DNA of 64,000 nt from positions 10,519,720-10,583,719 of the forward strand of contig MU058065.1 in assembly GCA_013265495.1 (NCBI GenBank), read 5' to 3'. A model generated the notes under the pieces. It saw only the letters and a list, made by a program, of their open reading frames with translations. It searched no databases and was not told the DNA's origin. Positions 1-13,710 of the stretch are shown piece by piece; within the stretch, counting starts at the first letter, position 1, and every line of letters starts with the position of its first letter. The stretch comes from Vicugna vicugna. Lineage: Eukaryota. The position numbers were made by a program, and so were the translations under genes.

Positions 1-786
1 TTTAGCTTTCCTCTTCAAATTCCAATATTTTACTTCTTATTCTTTTCATCTATTACTGTAATTTTCTCTTTTGGACTTGGAATATTTAGAGTCACGTAAG
101 TGTATTACCTGCATGGAGATAGCACATAAATGCTAAGAATTGTCAACAGTACATTGCTTCAACTGTATACTCAGCAAACTGGCGATAGCACCTTAGCCTT
201 AACCCTTTCTTCCTTCTTACTACAATTTTAATCCAGTTTAAATCCAATTTAAATATATATGTACATATACATATATATTTGTAGTTACATTCACACACAT
301 GATTGCACTGGGCCACTAAGAGATACTCTTCATAGTTTGCTTCCTAAATTCTAATTTAAAAAGTCTTTAATGCCAAATTTATATATTAAATGTTAGAAGA
401 ATTTGAGAGTGGCCAAGCTTACACAAGATCTCTTCCCTCCTCTGATTTTGATCTATTTGAAGATTAGAATGAATAAAGCAGGTAACTATTTAAATATCAC
501 TTTTATTAGTGATAAGTATAATATTTGAGAATGATTATAGCTTATAGCTGTGGCAAAAGGATTCCATAATACTAACTCTAGGATTAGGCAGATCCGGGCC
601 TAAGCAGGCCCTCCTCCACAGGAGCAAATCCTGTCCCCTCCTATTAGGTAGAATGGATCCCTTTGTAAGCATCTCTTTCCCAATAGCAGAAGGGGAGAGG
701 AAAGGCTTTGAATATAAATGCCAAGTTTCTACTTTTCTAACTCTCCAATTGGGCAAGTGAGTGAGGAGAGAGGGCAGAAGTGTTTG

Positions 787-841
787 TATATATATAAATA
801 TATGATTATCCATATATATAATTCATATATATATATATATA
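787..841. repeat. Interrupted (TA)n microsatellite
   Basis: TATATA runs read directly from the sequence. Confidence 0.85.
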
Positions 842-894
842 AACATGAGTATGTATTAAAGGATACGGTTAAGTAGATTTATTTTACTTTAATG

Positions 895-1372
895 GTGTAG
901 AACATTTTCATCATCATTATAGTCAATCCTCTTCTATATCTGGTTCTAGGTAATATCTGATCAATTCTCTGTTGCTATAGTTTTGACTTTTCTCAAACTT
1001 ATAAATGGAATCATACAATATTTGGCCTTTTTTTCTACCTTCTTCCACTGTACATAATGCTTTTAAGGTTAATCAAAACTGTTGTATGTGTCAGTAATTT
1101 GTCCTTCTGAATTGCTGACTTCTGCTATATGGATATAAAAATATTTGCTTTTCCATGTATAATTTGACAAACATGGGATTGTATCTAAATGAAGCTGAAT
1201 GAACATTTGAGTAGAAGTCTTTGCATTGACAGACATTTTTCATACCACTTTTGCAAATACCTAGGAATGATATTCCTGGTTCATATAGCAAGTGTATGTT
1301 TAACTTTATAAGAAATCGCCAAATTATTTTTCAAGATGGTTGTAGCATTTTGTATTTCATTGACAGTACACA
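895..1372 (-). mobile_element. Old LINE-1 (L1MB/MC/ME-type) 3' region, antisense
   Basis: Typical antisense L1M motifs: 'aaatggaatcatacaata', 'aatacctaggaatgatattcctggttcatatagcaagtgtatgtttaactttataagaaatcgccaaa', 'ggttgtagcattttgtatttc'. Confidence 0.85.
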
Positions 1373-2199
1373 CAAATTCAAGCCTTTAAAGTCCTCAAGT
1401 CTCAAGTCTTTAAAAATATCTAAGCTGCCATATTGCCCAGACACTTATTTTCAAACTTGTTTTCTAGTCAAGTGACTGTTCTTGAGAACTGCATAACATT
1501 GCACAGTTTCTCCCCAGAATGATCAATTTAGTCTTTTATTATGAAACTTCAGCTTCTTTGTTGTGGAGTAACACAATAAAACAGTGATTTATTCCTTTAG
1601 TTTACATTATATTTAATTTTTATGTTTCTTTGCTATTTCAATCTCTATTGTATCTTTAACTTTGGTTTGGTAAAGTTGGTATTTTTCCCTCTTATTTTCC
1701 TAATAGCTATTTTCTTCTCTTGGGTACTGATAATCAAGTACATATTTCACTCTTCTAACTTTAGGTTGGTTTATTTGTCCACTGTTCCCTCATAACAGTA
1801 CAACTAGAAGTACAGAGTGCTGTTATTTTCAACAATCACCTCATACCAATTTATTCCTTAGAAGATCTTACTTATTATTCTTTAATTTCCCTTTCCTACT
1901 GCCAATTCTAAAAGTTTTACAAAGTAGCTTGCTAGTTTTAACTTTAATTTATGACTATATCCTCCTTTACATCAGGTTCTCTTAAGCTCATTGTCCATGA
2001 TAGAATTTAAGGCATGTGTGAACTTGCGTAGTGTGATAGAACAAGATGACCACGAGTGCTTTAAAATTGCTTCTATTGAGATATGCATCTTAATTTTTCT
2101 CTTCTTCACTCTAGAAAAGATTCAGTGGTTTGCTTGACCTATAGATTGGGGTGTAAGTAACACTTTGAGTTTTCTGACACTGGTTATAAGAACAGTTAC

Positions 2200-2484
2200 A
2201 ACTTTTGCTAAGGTTTTAGAACCTATTCTCAGAAGGTTCCCTGCTGGAATGCAGTCATCATGACAAAGGAAACCAAGCCTGAATAATAGGCAAACCAGTC
2301 TGCACTGGGCTCTCACTAGCCTTCAGAAGACCATACTCCCATCTGACTTCTGATTAGATGAGAGATACAAGCAAGAATCTACTCAGCTGAGTCCAGTCAA
2401 CCAAAGAATTCTGAGAGATAAAATATAAATATTTTGAAGCCACTAAGTTATAGTGCTTTGATACACAGAACTAAATAATTGAAC
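2200..2484 (+). mobile_element. MaLR LTR (MLT1-type) 3' part
   Basis: Ends in the MLT1-like terminus 'agctgagtccagtcaaccaaagaattctgagagataaaa...ttttgaagccactaagtt...tgatacacagaactaaataattgaaca'. Confidence 0.75.
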
Positions 2485-2559
2485 ACATTAAAATATATTT
2501 TATGTTCACTGAGCTACATCGAAAGTGTGCATTTACTTTAGGCACATGTATAAACAAAA

Positions 2560-2915
2560 ACACATGGTGATATTACCAACACTTGATTTGTCACGTATTG
2601 AAAGCACAGGTAATTTTATATTCCAAAGAGGTGGAATATTTTTAAATGCTTTATGGATATCACTACTCTGAAATTGTGGTGTTACTAGGCATACAATAGA
2701 TATTGTTAATGTGTTAACGAAGAAGCACAGGCTATTACACATTTGTTTTTAAAACTTGGTGACTCCAGTTCAATCTAATTGTAATCCTAATCTAATTCAA
2801 TACAATTTTCTTTGTAATCCTATAGTTTTAATCATAGGCATTTAAAAACATTATTCGTAAAAGAGTTCTTAGGCTTCAAAGATCCACAAAGGAGTCCATG
2901 ACACAAACATTTAAA
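2560..2915 (-). mobile_element. hAT-Charlie DNA transposon fossil (Charlie4-like)
   Basis: 'gcatttaaaaacattattcgtaaaagagttcttaggcttc...caaaggagtccatgacacaaa' resembles the reverse complement of a recalled Charlie4-type terminus; left boundary uncertain. Confidence 0.65.
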
Positions 2916-3471
2916 AAAAAATGACACAAACATTGTTAAAAAAATAAATAAATAATAATTTGCAGTAAATCTTTTTTCCCTAAAATCTTTACTTAGCACT
3001 TCTATTACCACTTAGACTTAACAATACAGGTAAAAATATGGGAGGAAAATATGTTTAGATACATTGTCATATTTAAAAGGTAGAGCTTTTGAATTCTGGT
3101 GTGCATCTTTGTCTTTGTGTATGTGTGTGGGGCCTATATCTATCAAGTTTATCTCTTGTATAATTTACCAAATTCCACAGTTGTGTGTAGATCAGATATA
3201 CCCAGTGGTATCTCTCTGTTTTTTATTCTAGTAGTAGCATAAGTGATCACTGCTTTGAACTGCTAATCCCTAATTTCCTGCTCAGAGGTTTTTTTTAAAC
3301 AAAGTTTACGATCAGAGAATATAGGAGACAAAGACATTTTTTAAGCCACTAGAGAGGTCATCTACAACTTAAATGAATAACAGGATGTATTTTTCTTAAA
3401 TTAACATTCTTTCCAACAATAAATGTTTTTATAGCTTGAGGAAATTCTATAAATAATCTACAAGTGAAGAT

Positions 3472-3790
3472 AGACAGTTAAACTGCTATGACAAACAACC
3501 CCAGAACTCAATGGTTTAAATAACAAAAGTGTATTTATTGCTTCTATATAGACAGCTGCAATTCCATGTGATATTCAGGGTAACCATCTGCCACAGAAGG
3601 ACACCGTTTCACTTCCTTATCATAGCGGGTTTCCACTGTGGCTGCAGACTATCAGAATTAAATGCTTGTGTCTAGGGTGACACTTGTTATATCAGCTCAC
3701 TGTAACAGAGGAAGACTCTTAAAAATGCCTCGTGTCCAGAAAGGGGAGAACTGGAATTCTTGCTGAGAAACTTTAGTTTCTACCATAGAC
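3472..3790 (-). mobile_element. Old MaLR LTR (MLT1K/L-like)
   Basis: 'actgctatgacaaacaaccccagaactcaatggtttaaataacaaaagtgtatttattgct' is a typical reverse-orientation MLT1 end. Confidence 0.65.
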
Positions 3791-4809
3791 ATGTTTATGA
3801 ATGGTTTAAGTTAACACAGTTCTAAGGGTTAAAGGTTATACACAAATGTTTAAAGACAGGCTCTGAAGTAAAAGGAGTTGACAAAAAAAGTCCCTTATAC
3901 ATTTACATTAGTTACTAGGAAGACAAAACAGGTCTGCAATGTATTGTAAATAATGGAGCATGGTAAATTTAATTTTTGTGAATTTCACACGTGTGATTAA
4001 TCACTTAAGGCAATTTCTCTTAAATAAAAAGATTATCAGTATTCTGTGTGCTTCATCTTTCTTAATCTCACAAAGAGAGGCAATTTACTACATAGTACTT
4101 AAAGGAGCAAAGTATTTTCATGCCCAAAAAGCTCTTGATCTATATCAAAATTGTGACTTTTCATAAAGATTAAATGATGAAACATATATTATTTTATTCT
4201 TAATATTTCTTGCCCAAAACTGGGCCTTAAACTTTCTGATCCCAATATGTTTTTCTCAACACTCACCTACAGACACACACACACATACAGCCAGACGTAG
4301 ACATAGCCAAAAGAAGGCAAAGATAAAAGATTCAATTAGGAATATCTGAGGAAACAAACATCATCAACAAAGAATGAAAATGAGTTAAAGTTCAAAAGGA
4401 TTGGTTTTCTAAATTAAAACTATTTTAAAAGAACAATCTTAAGAAAAGAAAAAAAAATGCCAAACTTACCAGGTTTTTATCATTCTGTTCATAGCAGGAA
4501 AAGAACAACTTTCACAGATGTTTATTATATTAACAAATATATCCAGAGACAGAACAAAATCAGGAAAAAAGTTATTTCTAAGAGGTCGAAGTCTGTGGAA
4601 TAAGGTCAGAGATTTGTTTTCTGGAGACCAGAACCAGATTAGATAACATTATTATTATTTGTTTTCCTTAGTATAAATTTTTTTTTTCTTGGACTGTGAA
4701 AGTGCCTAACATAGTAAAAGCAGAGCAAAGTGACAGTTTCTGATTCTAAAGCAAGTTTTGTGAATGTATATAATAAAGAATTTATGTATTAGAATAAGTA
4801 GCTGTTTAT

Positions 4810-5105
4810 CACAGTGATTAAGAGAGAGAGCTCTTTAGAGCCAGACTGCTGCCTGTGTTGGTATCTTAGCTTAACCCTTCCATTTTCCACTGTATGTTGC
4901 CTCTGAGTATATCACGTAAGTTCACTGTGCCTCTGAGCCTGTTAGATAATCTATATGTGTCTTCATTTCCTCATCAGTAACATGGAGGTAATAATAGTAC
5001 CCAACTTATTAAAATTTTTGATAATTGAATAGGTCAATTTATATAAAACATTGTCTCCCAAAATGCATGGTAAGTATTCACATCCAATAAATGTTTCCTA
5101 TTCAT
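4810..5105 (+). mobile_element. MIR SINE
   Basis: 'agtgattaagag...tagagccagactgc', core 'tttcctcatcagtaacatggaggtaataatagtacc', tail 'caataaatgtttcctatt'. Confidence 0.85.
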
Positions 5106-5599
5106 TTTTAACCAGCAGTATTATCTCAATCTTCCTTCTCATTATGAAAGCTTCTCCTCTGATGATCTTATTATTTACCTCATGCCCTTTCCCTCCCCAT
5201 AGACTGTCCATCCTCCAGTCGTTCCACATTGCTTGACAGACATATACTAAAATTGTTCTATATCTATATCACAGTACCTGGGTGATTTAAAAGTCAATTT
5301 GTTTCATGTGTAGTATTTTTAAACACTTGGTAAAATTTCGGTATATTTTGGGTGTTGATTTGTTATCATATTTCATTTGGGTCAGAATATGGCTGTTTTT
5401 ACCCTTGCTATATACATTTGGTTAACAGAACTATATTGTGCATTTATTTGTGTATTACATATAGAAAACTAAGTACTGTGCATATATTTATGCACACAAA
5501 AGCATATGTATATATGTATGTGTAAGTGCTGAGAAGAAAACTTGACATATAAGTTTATGAAGTGTTCATCATGGGAAGATTCTTATTCTAACAACTTTA

Positions 5600-5770
5600 A
5601 GTATATTATCTTGTTTGATCAATTACTCTGTGAGGTCAATACCATAATGAATCCTATTTTATAGATGGGACACTGTACCTCAAGAAGTGTAAGTAACTTA
5701 ACTACTTTTGCATTATAACATATGGTCCCAGGATAACTGACTTAATAGTCTGTATCCTTAACCACACAGC
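5600..5770 (-). mobile_element. MIR SINE fragment
   Basis: Reverse core 'actctgtgaggt...cctattttatagatgggacactg...agaagtgtaagtaactt'. Confidence 0.75.
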
Positions 5771-5789
5771 TTTATAATGTCTGCTCGTC

Positions 5790-5890
5790 ACAGTGAAGGT
5801 CATCTTATTCTCTGTAGTCTCCACAGTGCTCTACAATGCCATCTAGTATACAGTAGGTGCTCAGTAAATGTTTTGAATGAATAAATTAAT
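5790..5890 (+). mobile_element. L2 LINE 3' end
   Basis: 'tacagtaggtgctcagtaaatgttttgaatgaataaattaat' matches the L2 3' tail. Confidence 0.75.
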
Positions 5891-8800
5891 GTATTACCTT
5901 GAAATTATTTTATTATTACTATTAAGTTTCCCAAACACTACTTGTCTTGATTTCTTTATTTGAGAGAGAGAGAGCACTATGGTTGTGGATTTGTGATATT
6001 TTTCTCAACAATTTAATCACATTGTACTTTATTATTTTAATATGTTGTGTTAAATTGTATTATGTAGTCTGTATTTACTGTTGGCTTGCCTTTTTACCAG
6101 CATTAAATGTATGGACTCTTTCCTTACGTTATTTTGTCTGGTAATACTACTGCTCACTTGCTACAGTCCTTCTTGGCATTACCTATCAGATAGGCAATGC
6201 TTGTGCCTACAGACAGGGTCTCCTCTGGGAGTTTTCTTGTCTCAGGAGAAAATTTACATGTGCAAACCCTGTCCTATGCCTTCTGCCTCTTACCTTCTTC
6301 TACTCTCAGCTCCCACAACCCCAGGAGCTAAGCTAAGCTGTCTCTCTATTGTGTCCATCTTGGGCCATGGTTTCTCCCATAGGCTCTGACTGCCATTCTC
6401 AGGGCTGTTTCACTCTACCTTGCTTGCTTTCAGCTCCACTGGAATTCTACACTGTCTGTCCACCTGAGAATTTTCCTGGTTTGAATAGTCACTTAGACTA
6501 TACTTATTTTTGTTCACTTCTGTGTTTGGCACAAGATAGTGTGACCACAGCTTGTGCTCTCTGAACCATCTTAAAACCTGGAACTTAGCATGGACTTGAG
6601 AAGGAACCTACTCTTCGATTTCTGAACAACCCTAATTGCTATTACTTAAATGTAAAAGGAAGAACTGAGTTATTACTAAATCATATTTCTTTCTGAAAAC
6701 AAAATAGATACAGGGAATCATTCTGTTATTTAATTTCACAATATTTATACTAAGCATATTTTAAATCCAAAGTATTTTGGTAAGTGATACCATTCCTGAA
6801 ACAATCAGACATGAAATAGCACTTCTATCATTTTGACTACAGACAAAACTGAGATTTAGCTAAGGAACTTCACAGTATGTGAGAAGAGCTCCATATCTTA
6901 AGATAGGTTTCTTTACATTCTACCACATAAATGAGCCTACCTATATATACTGATTGGCATCCATGTATGCCTTGTATGGATATATAAGATACAATATCTA
7001 TATTCATATGACTTCTAAATTTTGATATTTGTATTATTTTATTCCAATTTTATTCCATACCTCAAGTTTTATATTTTTCAATGATACATACACATAATAA
7101 AACATTCTTTTTCAGATGAGTAAATGGAAGCATTTTTATTTAATACAATTAAGATGACTGTCTTTTACACTGGTTCTTAATGGACATGATATATTACACT
7201 CTAAATTTTAATAAAAGAGCGAGAATTAAATCATAGATTTCCCCTTTTTCTTTCTCTTAACAACAGGATCCAAAAGTAGACTTCAAAGTTGATTGCTTTT
7301 TAAATGGATTTTAGTCAGCCATCTCTAATTCAGTCTTTTCATTAATATAAGTATTAACTTGCTTCTTCTGAATTAGGAATCAGTAAGTAATTCAAATAAG
7401 CATTTAAAGATCCTGTCTCTGGGGACTAAGGAGTCAAAATCCTTTTGATGGTAATTTCTTTTGGCTCATACCTTATCAAGGAGATTTGCTATGGGTACTA
7501 CGTAGAACATCCTAATGTCAAATATGTTAACTAAATGCAAGTCTCTTAACCAATTTACAGCCTTGGCTTAAGGTTACCTTTGAGTCCTCCTGCCAAGGAT
7601 AAATTTAGCCCAGTTTGTGATGTGGAAATATTTTCTTTAGCTGTTTATATAACTCTGACTTCTTCCTTGGAGACTTACTGAATAAGCTTTCTACCCTTAA
7701 CCTCTGTCTTTGATCTAAGACTGTCAGAACTTCATTTACATTTCAGACTCTGGTAAAATACATGTCCTTTGGGTTCTGAAGAATTGTCAGATGACAGAAT
7801 TGGACGTAAGCATATAAATTTCATGATCTATTGAAGTTCTGGGTACTACATTTCATCCTCTTCATGTAAGTGCTTGTCTGATATGTGTTTCTATATGTGT
7901 GTGTATGCATACACATGTATAAATATCTATGTATACATACACAAACATACATAAACTTTAGATACCTTATTTTTAAAAATCCCCATATGATGTAATTCAT
8001 TACTAATACTTTATATTGAAGGATCGCTTTAACTATGGTTTTGCAGTTACTCTGACTGCAAACCAAAATACTGCTGTTGCCTCAGTCTTGGCATTTCCTT
8101 TAAGAAGCACTTGTGTTACTAGAATTACATTTCAAAATCAACTTTCTTGACATATATTATTTTACCTGATAACTTCTTTCTTAAAATAACTGCTTTTTTG
8201 AGATTACTCCTAATGTGTTATTTATTTGATTTATTATACTTAATATGCCACAGAAGAGTTTATAAAAATATTCTTGTCCTTCCATTGATAATAATCTAAA
8301 CTGTTGGTAATATATTTCCTGTTTTAGGTACCTATGGCCTCAGAAAGTTAGTAATCATTATTTTTAAACCTACTGGCCTTATAAATATAATTAGAATACT
8401 TTTAGTTTGAAAAAATAAATAAAATTGAATGAGAGCAGATATGAAAGTAGCACTGAGATTTAACCAAAAACTTTCCCAGAGTTCAGTGTTGATGAACATA
8501 AATGACTAACAAAAATAAATAATTAGATAATAGGAAAAATTATAAAAGTCTACTCATAAAATATTGAAAGTGCAATATGATATGATGATCTAGCATAATA
8601 GGCGGTTGAAGAAACAGCAATTAAACCAGGAATAAGTAATTAAACCAAAATTATCATAAAAATTTCATTGCAGTGGTGAACTTTTAGTAGAATATAGGAC
8701 ATTTTAGACAAAAAAGAAAATGTTAAAATTGGAAATTGGTATATAAATATTAACAAATTATTATCTAACTAACACAGACTACATATATAACCTTGTGTTA

Positions 8801-9927
8801 AGTGTTACTATTAAATTCTCAAAATTTGTGGTTTTAAGCATTCATAAACATTAATAATCTTAACATGCTTGGTAGCATTAATAAGTTTAAAATGAAATAA
8901 AAATAAATAATTTCCCATTTTTGACAGTTATCTTTCTTACCATCCTCACAATATATTAAAATGTAGTTTTTAAACTTTCTGCTTAAAACAAATAAATACA
9001 AACTAAATATACAGTGGAGAGACAGAACAGGCTAGTAGACATCATTTTTCATGCTTTCAACATTTTATCCCTCTGTATGCTAACGAAAAACACAGTTATC
9101 CTTTCTGGGAGAGGAGGAAAAGTAGTGATGCCTGGGGAAACTCCCAAACACATGGCACTTCCTTCTGTTTTACTGAGCACTGGGATTGCTAATTTATTTA
9201 TCAAGTAGTTGGCCCATGATCCAAACCAGGACAACCAGAAGCCTTCTCTAAGACTCTTATTTGAGTTAGAGACTTTTTTCCTAACTCTGGGATCTTCAGT
9301 TAAAGGAACAGAAACAAATTTAAACCGTAATTATATTCCAAACCCTTTAATTAAAAAAAAAAAAGTCCTGAATAGAAATCGGGAAGAATTGTATTGCAGG
9401 TAACATACCCGAATATGTAGAATTCGCTGTGTCAGGGTGAGATTCACCCAGTGAGTCTTTCCCACTGTGATATGGTGAAAAGTTGTTGGCTAACCTATCA
9501 TTTTCAGTTTCATGAGAGGCAGAACACATGGCAACAGAGACTGGATCTTTATAAAGGGGGTTTACTATAAACATACCAAAATAATGGAGTTAGTTGGGTA
9601 ATTTTCTCAGCTTTTTGTGAATTTATACATAAACAAGATAAATTTCATTATACTGGTCCCTGTGAAATTACAGAGATAAGGAAATACACCCAGTTAATGG
9701 TTGCCCTTTTATCTTGAAACCAGAAAAAAAGTGAGATTTCAAAATTTGTATGCCCTTCAGAGTTGGAACACTCACACTTTGGGGCCAAAGCTAAATTTAA
9801 TATAAGCTCAGAAAGAGTGGGTGAAAAACACAGTTGGTAATAAATTTAGAGGAGTAACTAGGACTGGAAGAAACTGGATTTGCCAGTGACCTCCCTGTGC
9901 CTCACAGGACTGTGTACGTCCTTCCTC

Positions 9928-9991
9928 ATAAATACTAATACCAAATAAATACTAATACCAAATAAATACTAATACCAAATACTAATACCAA
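9928..9991. repeat. Minisatellite, 17-bp unit ATAAATACTAATACCAA x3 plus one shortened copy
   Basis: Three perfect copies (9928-9978), then ATACTAATACCAA. Confidence 0.95.
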
Positions 9992-10192
9992 CTTGTAAAG
10001 AGCCATTATCTGGATGACATCTGTGGGCAAATGGCAAATCACTGTATCCTTAGTTCACTATTTCATTAGCAAAATTAAGCTCTTAAGGCAAAGACTTGGT
10101 GTTCAGGAGACTCCAAGGCAGAAACAACATCTGAGACCATGTATTACTCATTAAATGCAAATTCAATAAAAGTCTTAAAATTTTTAAGGGAA

Positions 10193-10218
10193 TTTGTTTG
10201 TTTGTTTGTTTGTTTGTT
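10193..10218. repeat. (TTTG)n microsatellite
   Basis: Read directly. Confidence 0.9.
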
Positions 10219-12199
10219 AATTTTGGTTTAGTTTTGGTTTGTTATGCAAAGTAATGTCAGTCCCAGCAAAGAAAGCCACATGCTTTTATTATCTTTAAGG
10301 CAATCTCCTGGCCATTAAACCTGAACACTAACAGGAGGTAGCTTGTTCAAATGATTCAGTCTTTGAAAGAGAAATCCTCTGCATCACACTTTATTTGCCA
10401 TTAAGACATATACAGTGGGGGTGCCAGAATTCCAAACCCTCCCTTTGGTTTGCTCAGATGTCTTCTGCTGATGTTACTGAAAACCCTCCTAGGAAGATCA
10501 TTTAGTACCAACTTGCTCTCTCGAAGGCCGCAGTGGGCAGGTTTCGGTAGTCGCTGGAGGGATTACTTCAGTGGGCTTTCCGCTTTGGCTAAGACCATAC
10601 TCTCATCTTCCCTCACTGCCTTGGCTGCTTAGCCCTTCTGCAGTAGCTGATTTTTGTCTTTCATGACTCCTAGGATATATATGCCTTTGAAAATCATATG
10701 AAAACAGATTCGCATCTAGTTAAAATAAATTGGAGGCTACTGGAAATCGAAATGATGTTTGCTGAGTTTTAGAAATAGATAGAAGTTACCAGGCAGATTC
10801 TCAATTTTATTTTTCTCTTTTTACAAGTTTAATGGGACAATTGATATTAAGTAATTTTTAAAATAAAATTATCTCTTATTTATCACATGACAAAGAAAAT
10901 TTTATACCTTTTTGTTATTTGTGGCTCTATTTACATTTTGGACAAAAAGTAATATATTTTGACCTTTCTATATTAAAAGAATATAAATAAATTCTAAAAG
11001 CAATTCATATAAAAGAATATTCCTCTTTATGTGTATGTGAACACATTCACATGGTTTCTGCCCAGAATTTATATGACTAGTTTAATAACCAATTCAGGTG
11101 GCAGCACACACATGTATTAAATGCATCTTGCAGTTCCACCCCTCATCCTAGATTAATAACAAATTAAAAATCACTGGCATGATTATATAAAATTATGTCA
11201 ATTTTATATAAGGATAAAATTTGTAAGGCCATAATTCTTCGTAAACACTCATTTGATAAAAATTACTCCTCACTCTTCACTCGTTCTCTGTGCTAAAAAG
11301 GAAAACAATCTGTGGCTCTTTTATCAAACAATCATTTCTTTATAATTTAAATTTTTATTTTCCAAATTTTTACATTACAGTCCTTCTAGCAGAACACAAG
11401 TCAGTGTCAGAACCTGGAAGAAAATTTTAATCATAATTATTTACATTACCTTTATAACATCTATGATAGGTAGAAAACAAACAATACACACAGACTTTCT
11501 AATTAATATTATCCCATTCATGTATATTCCTTATCTAACATCATTTTAAATATTTTATGTAGAAATTCTTTCCAAATAAAAATATATTTATATATTAAAG
11601 TTTACTTATTTTATTGATGTTTCAACCAATATTTTTATAGGTTTAACAAGGCTGAAAATATATAACTGCAGCCCAAATCAGTAAAAGAGATACCTGTTAA
11701 ATGTTATAAAGTACATTCTAGGTCTCAAATTATGCATTTCTATTTATCCTCCAAAATAAACTTGAAAATTGTCTTTGTATAAATTTGAAGCGCTATTTAT
11801 AGAAGCCCTTAAAATATTATCAGTAGAGGAATTTACTAAATTTTGTCAGTGCACCTCCCTAGTTTTGAAGGAAGAGGATATTTTTTAGACATCTCATGTA
11901 TGACCCTGTGCTTTTTCCTGATTTTTGGATTTATGAGTTCCATGATGATTTTCTTTTTATACAGTGTATCCTATTATGCTTCCATATACATAATGAACTA
12001 TAAGAAAAGATAAACTAAAATGGGAAAGGTTAGAGTTATGTCATGTGAAATAACACCTTATATGTTATTATTTCAAGTCTGCATTTAGAAGACGAAGAGA
12101 AAAGCCTAAGTAGACTAAATCTCAAATTAGGTACCTGTGAAAAGATTAATCCTCTCAGTTTGCATGATTAAAATAATTCTGTCTATCTATAATGGATCT

Positions 12200-12535
12200 A
12201 TTAGGTAGAATAATCTAGGTTGTGCTGTAGTAATTTAAAGAAAATGAGATCTCTGTGGCTTATAACAATAAACGTTTGCTTTTCAATCAGGCTACATGTT
12301 GACTGCAGATCAATTAGAAATTCTTCTCTACAGCTCATTCTCATAGACCCTGGCTGACACAGCAATTGTCATCTGAAACATTGACCATCACTTTATCAGT
12401 GCAATAGAATGCAAGAGTGAATTACCTCAACAAATTTCCTGTTTGTTGAAGAGATATAATTATATAATCCATCCAAGAGGACCAGAAACTGCATTCCTAC
12501 TGTGTGCCGAATAGGAGTAAAAATGGAAATATATG
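12200..12535 (-). mobile_element. Old MaLR LTR (MLT1K/L-like)
   Basis: 'ctaggttgtgctgtagtaa...atctctgtggcttataacaataaacgtttgcttttc...ctacatgttgactgcag' and distal 'aactgcattcctactgtgtgcc'. Confidence 0.7.
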
Positions 12536-13650
12536 ACATTATTTACAGTATTATTTATACTGATTATATTACAATGAAATCATAGTTTCCTATGACTGCT
12601 GTAATAACCTCCTCATTTAAGTTTTTGTTTTATTTGTTTTTTAATTTTAGTCTATAGCAGAATTATTTTTATCACCTCTAGGTGCAAAGAAAATATTTTA
12701 AAAGAGTAACTAAAAAAGTCAACAAATGAAGTACCCTATTGATCCTAGAAAACAATGTTTAAGTTTTGAAGTAAATCATCAATGAATAATTGTCAAAAGT
12801 GTGTTTAAATTAGTAGATTTCTGATCTGTAAACATTTTTCTTACAGCAAAAAACAAAACCCAGAAAAATAAAAAAAACCCAAAAAACAAAAAGCATATGA
12901 TATGGTATTGCCCACAAGACCAGAGCAAATACTGATTCATAAAAGAACAAACAGAAGTCATCCTACTGGTAGGAAGTAAGCCAATTACACTTCTAGTCCC
13001 ATACAGCTGGCTACTCATGAAACATTAAAATCAAATCACTTCAGGCAAGTGCTTTGTTATGGATTAACTTGTCCATGATGCAATCAAGCTTTAGAATAAT
13101 ATTATAAATGCCAAACAAGACTTTTAAACAGCAACATTAAGACCCCTTGCCCACTGAATCCATTACTGTAGAAAGAAATCCTTCAGGCAATGTTAGGTCA
13201 CTGATTATAGCAATTTATTTCTCATTAGCTTATAACAACCTGACCTCTTCATCTGTTTCTGCTCTATAAAGTTGCACTTCAGAATTTATATATACAAACT
13301 CATAAGGAATCATGAATATCCTCTAGAATTCCAGTCAGGAATGTTGACTGATTGGCTCCTCTAGTTGGAATGTCACAAGAGATTGATAGTTTATTTAATA
13401 AAGAAAATCAGAATCACACCATATAGAGGTGCATAATTGTAACACTCATCAAAGTATATTCAAAAGATTTCATATTGGTAGAAATATTGAAAATTTAACA
13501 CCATCCAATAAAATTCTAAAACTATATAGAAAATCCCTACATCATTAAAAAACAGAAGTTTCAGAAGTGTAGAAAGTTATGATAAACAATCTAATCCATC
13601 ATTAAAATTTAGTATAACCTTGCTATTAAAGCTGTGTTCCGTCTGCCTGC

Positions 13651-13710
13651 CTATCTATCTATCTATTATCTTTCTATCTATCTATCTATCTGTCTATCTA
13701 TCTATCTATC
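13651..13710. repeat. (TCTA)n microsatellite
   Basis: Imperfect CTAT/TCTA array. Confidence 0.9.

Noticed and set aside
2898..2934. 14-bp direct repeat flanking TA8, resembling a TSD around a solo poly(A)
   Set aside because: No L1 endonuclease consensus at the repeat start; a slippage duplication is simpler.
9928..9991. Direct repeats considered as CRISPR-like
   Set aside because: Head-to-tail units without spacers in mammalian DNA; this is a minisatellite.
11090..11108. Partial CTCF-like motif CAGGTGGCAGCA
   Set aside because: Lacks the conserved 5' CC of the core motif.
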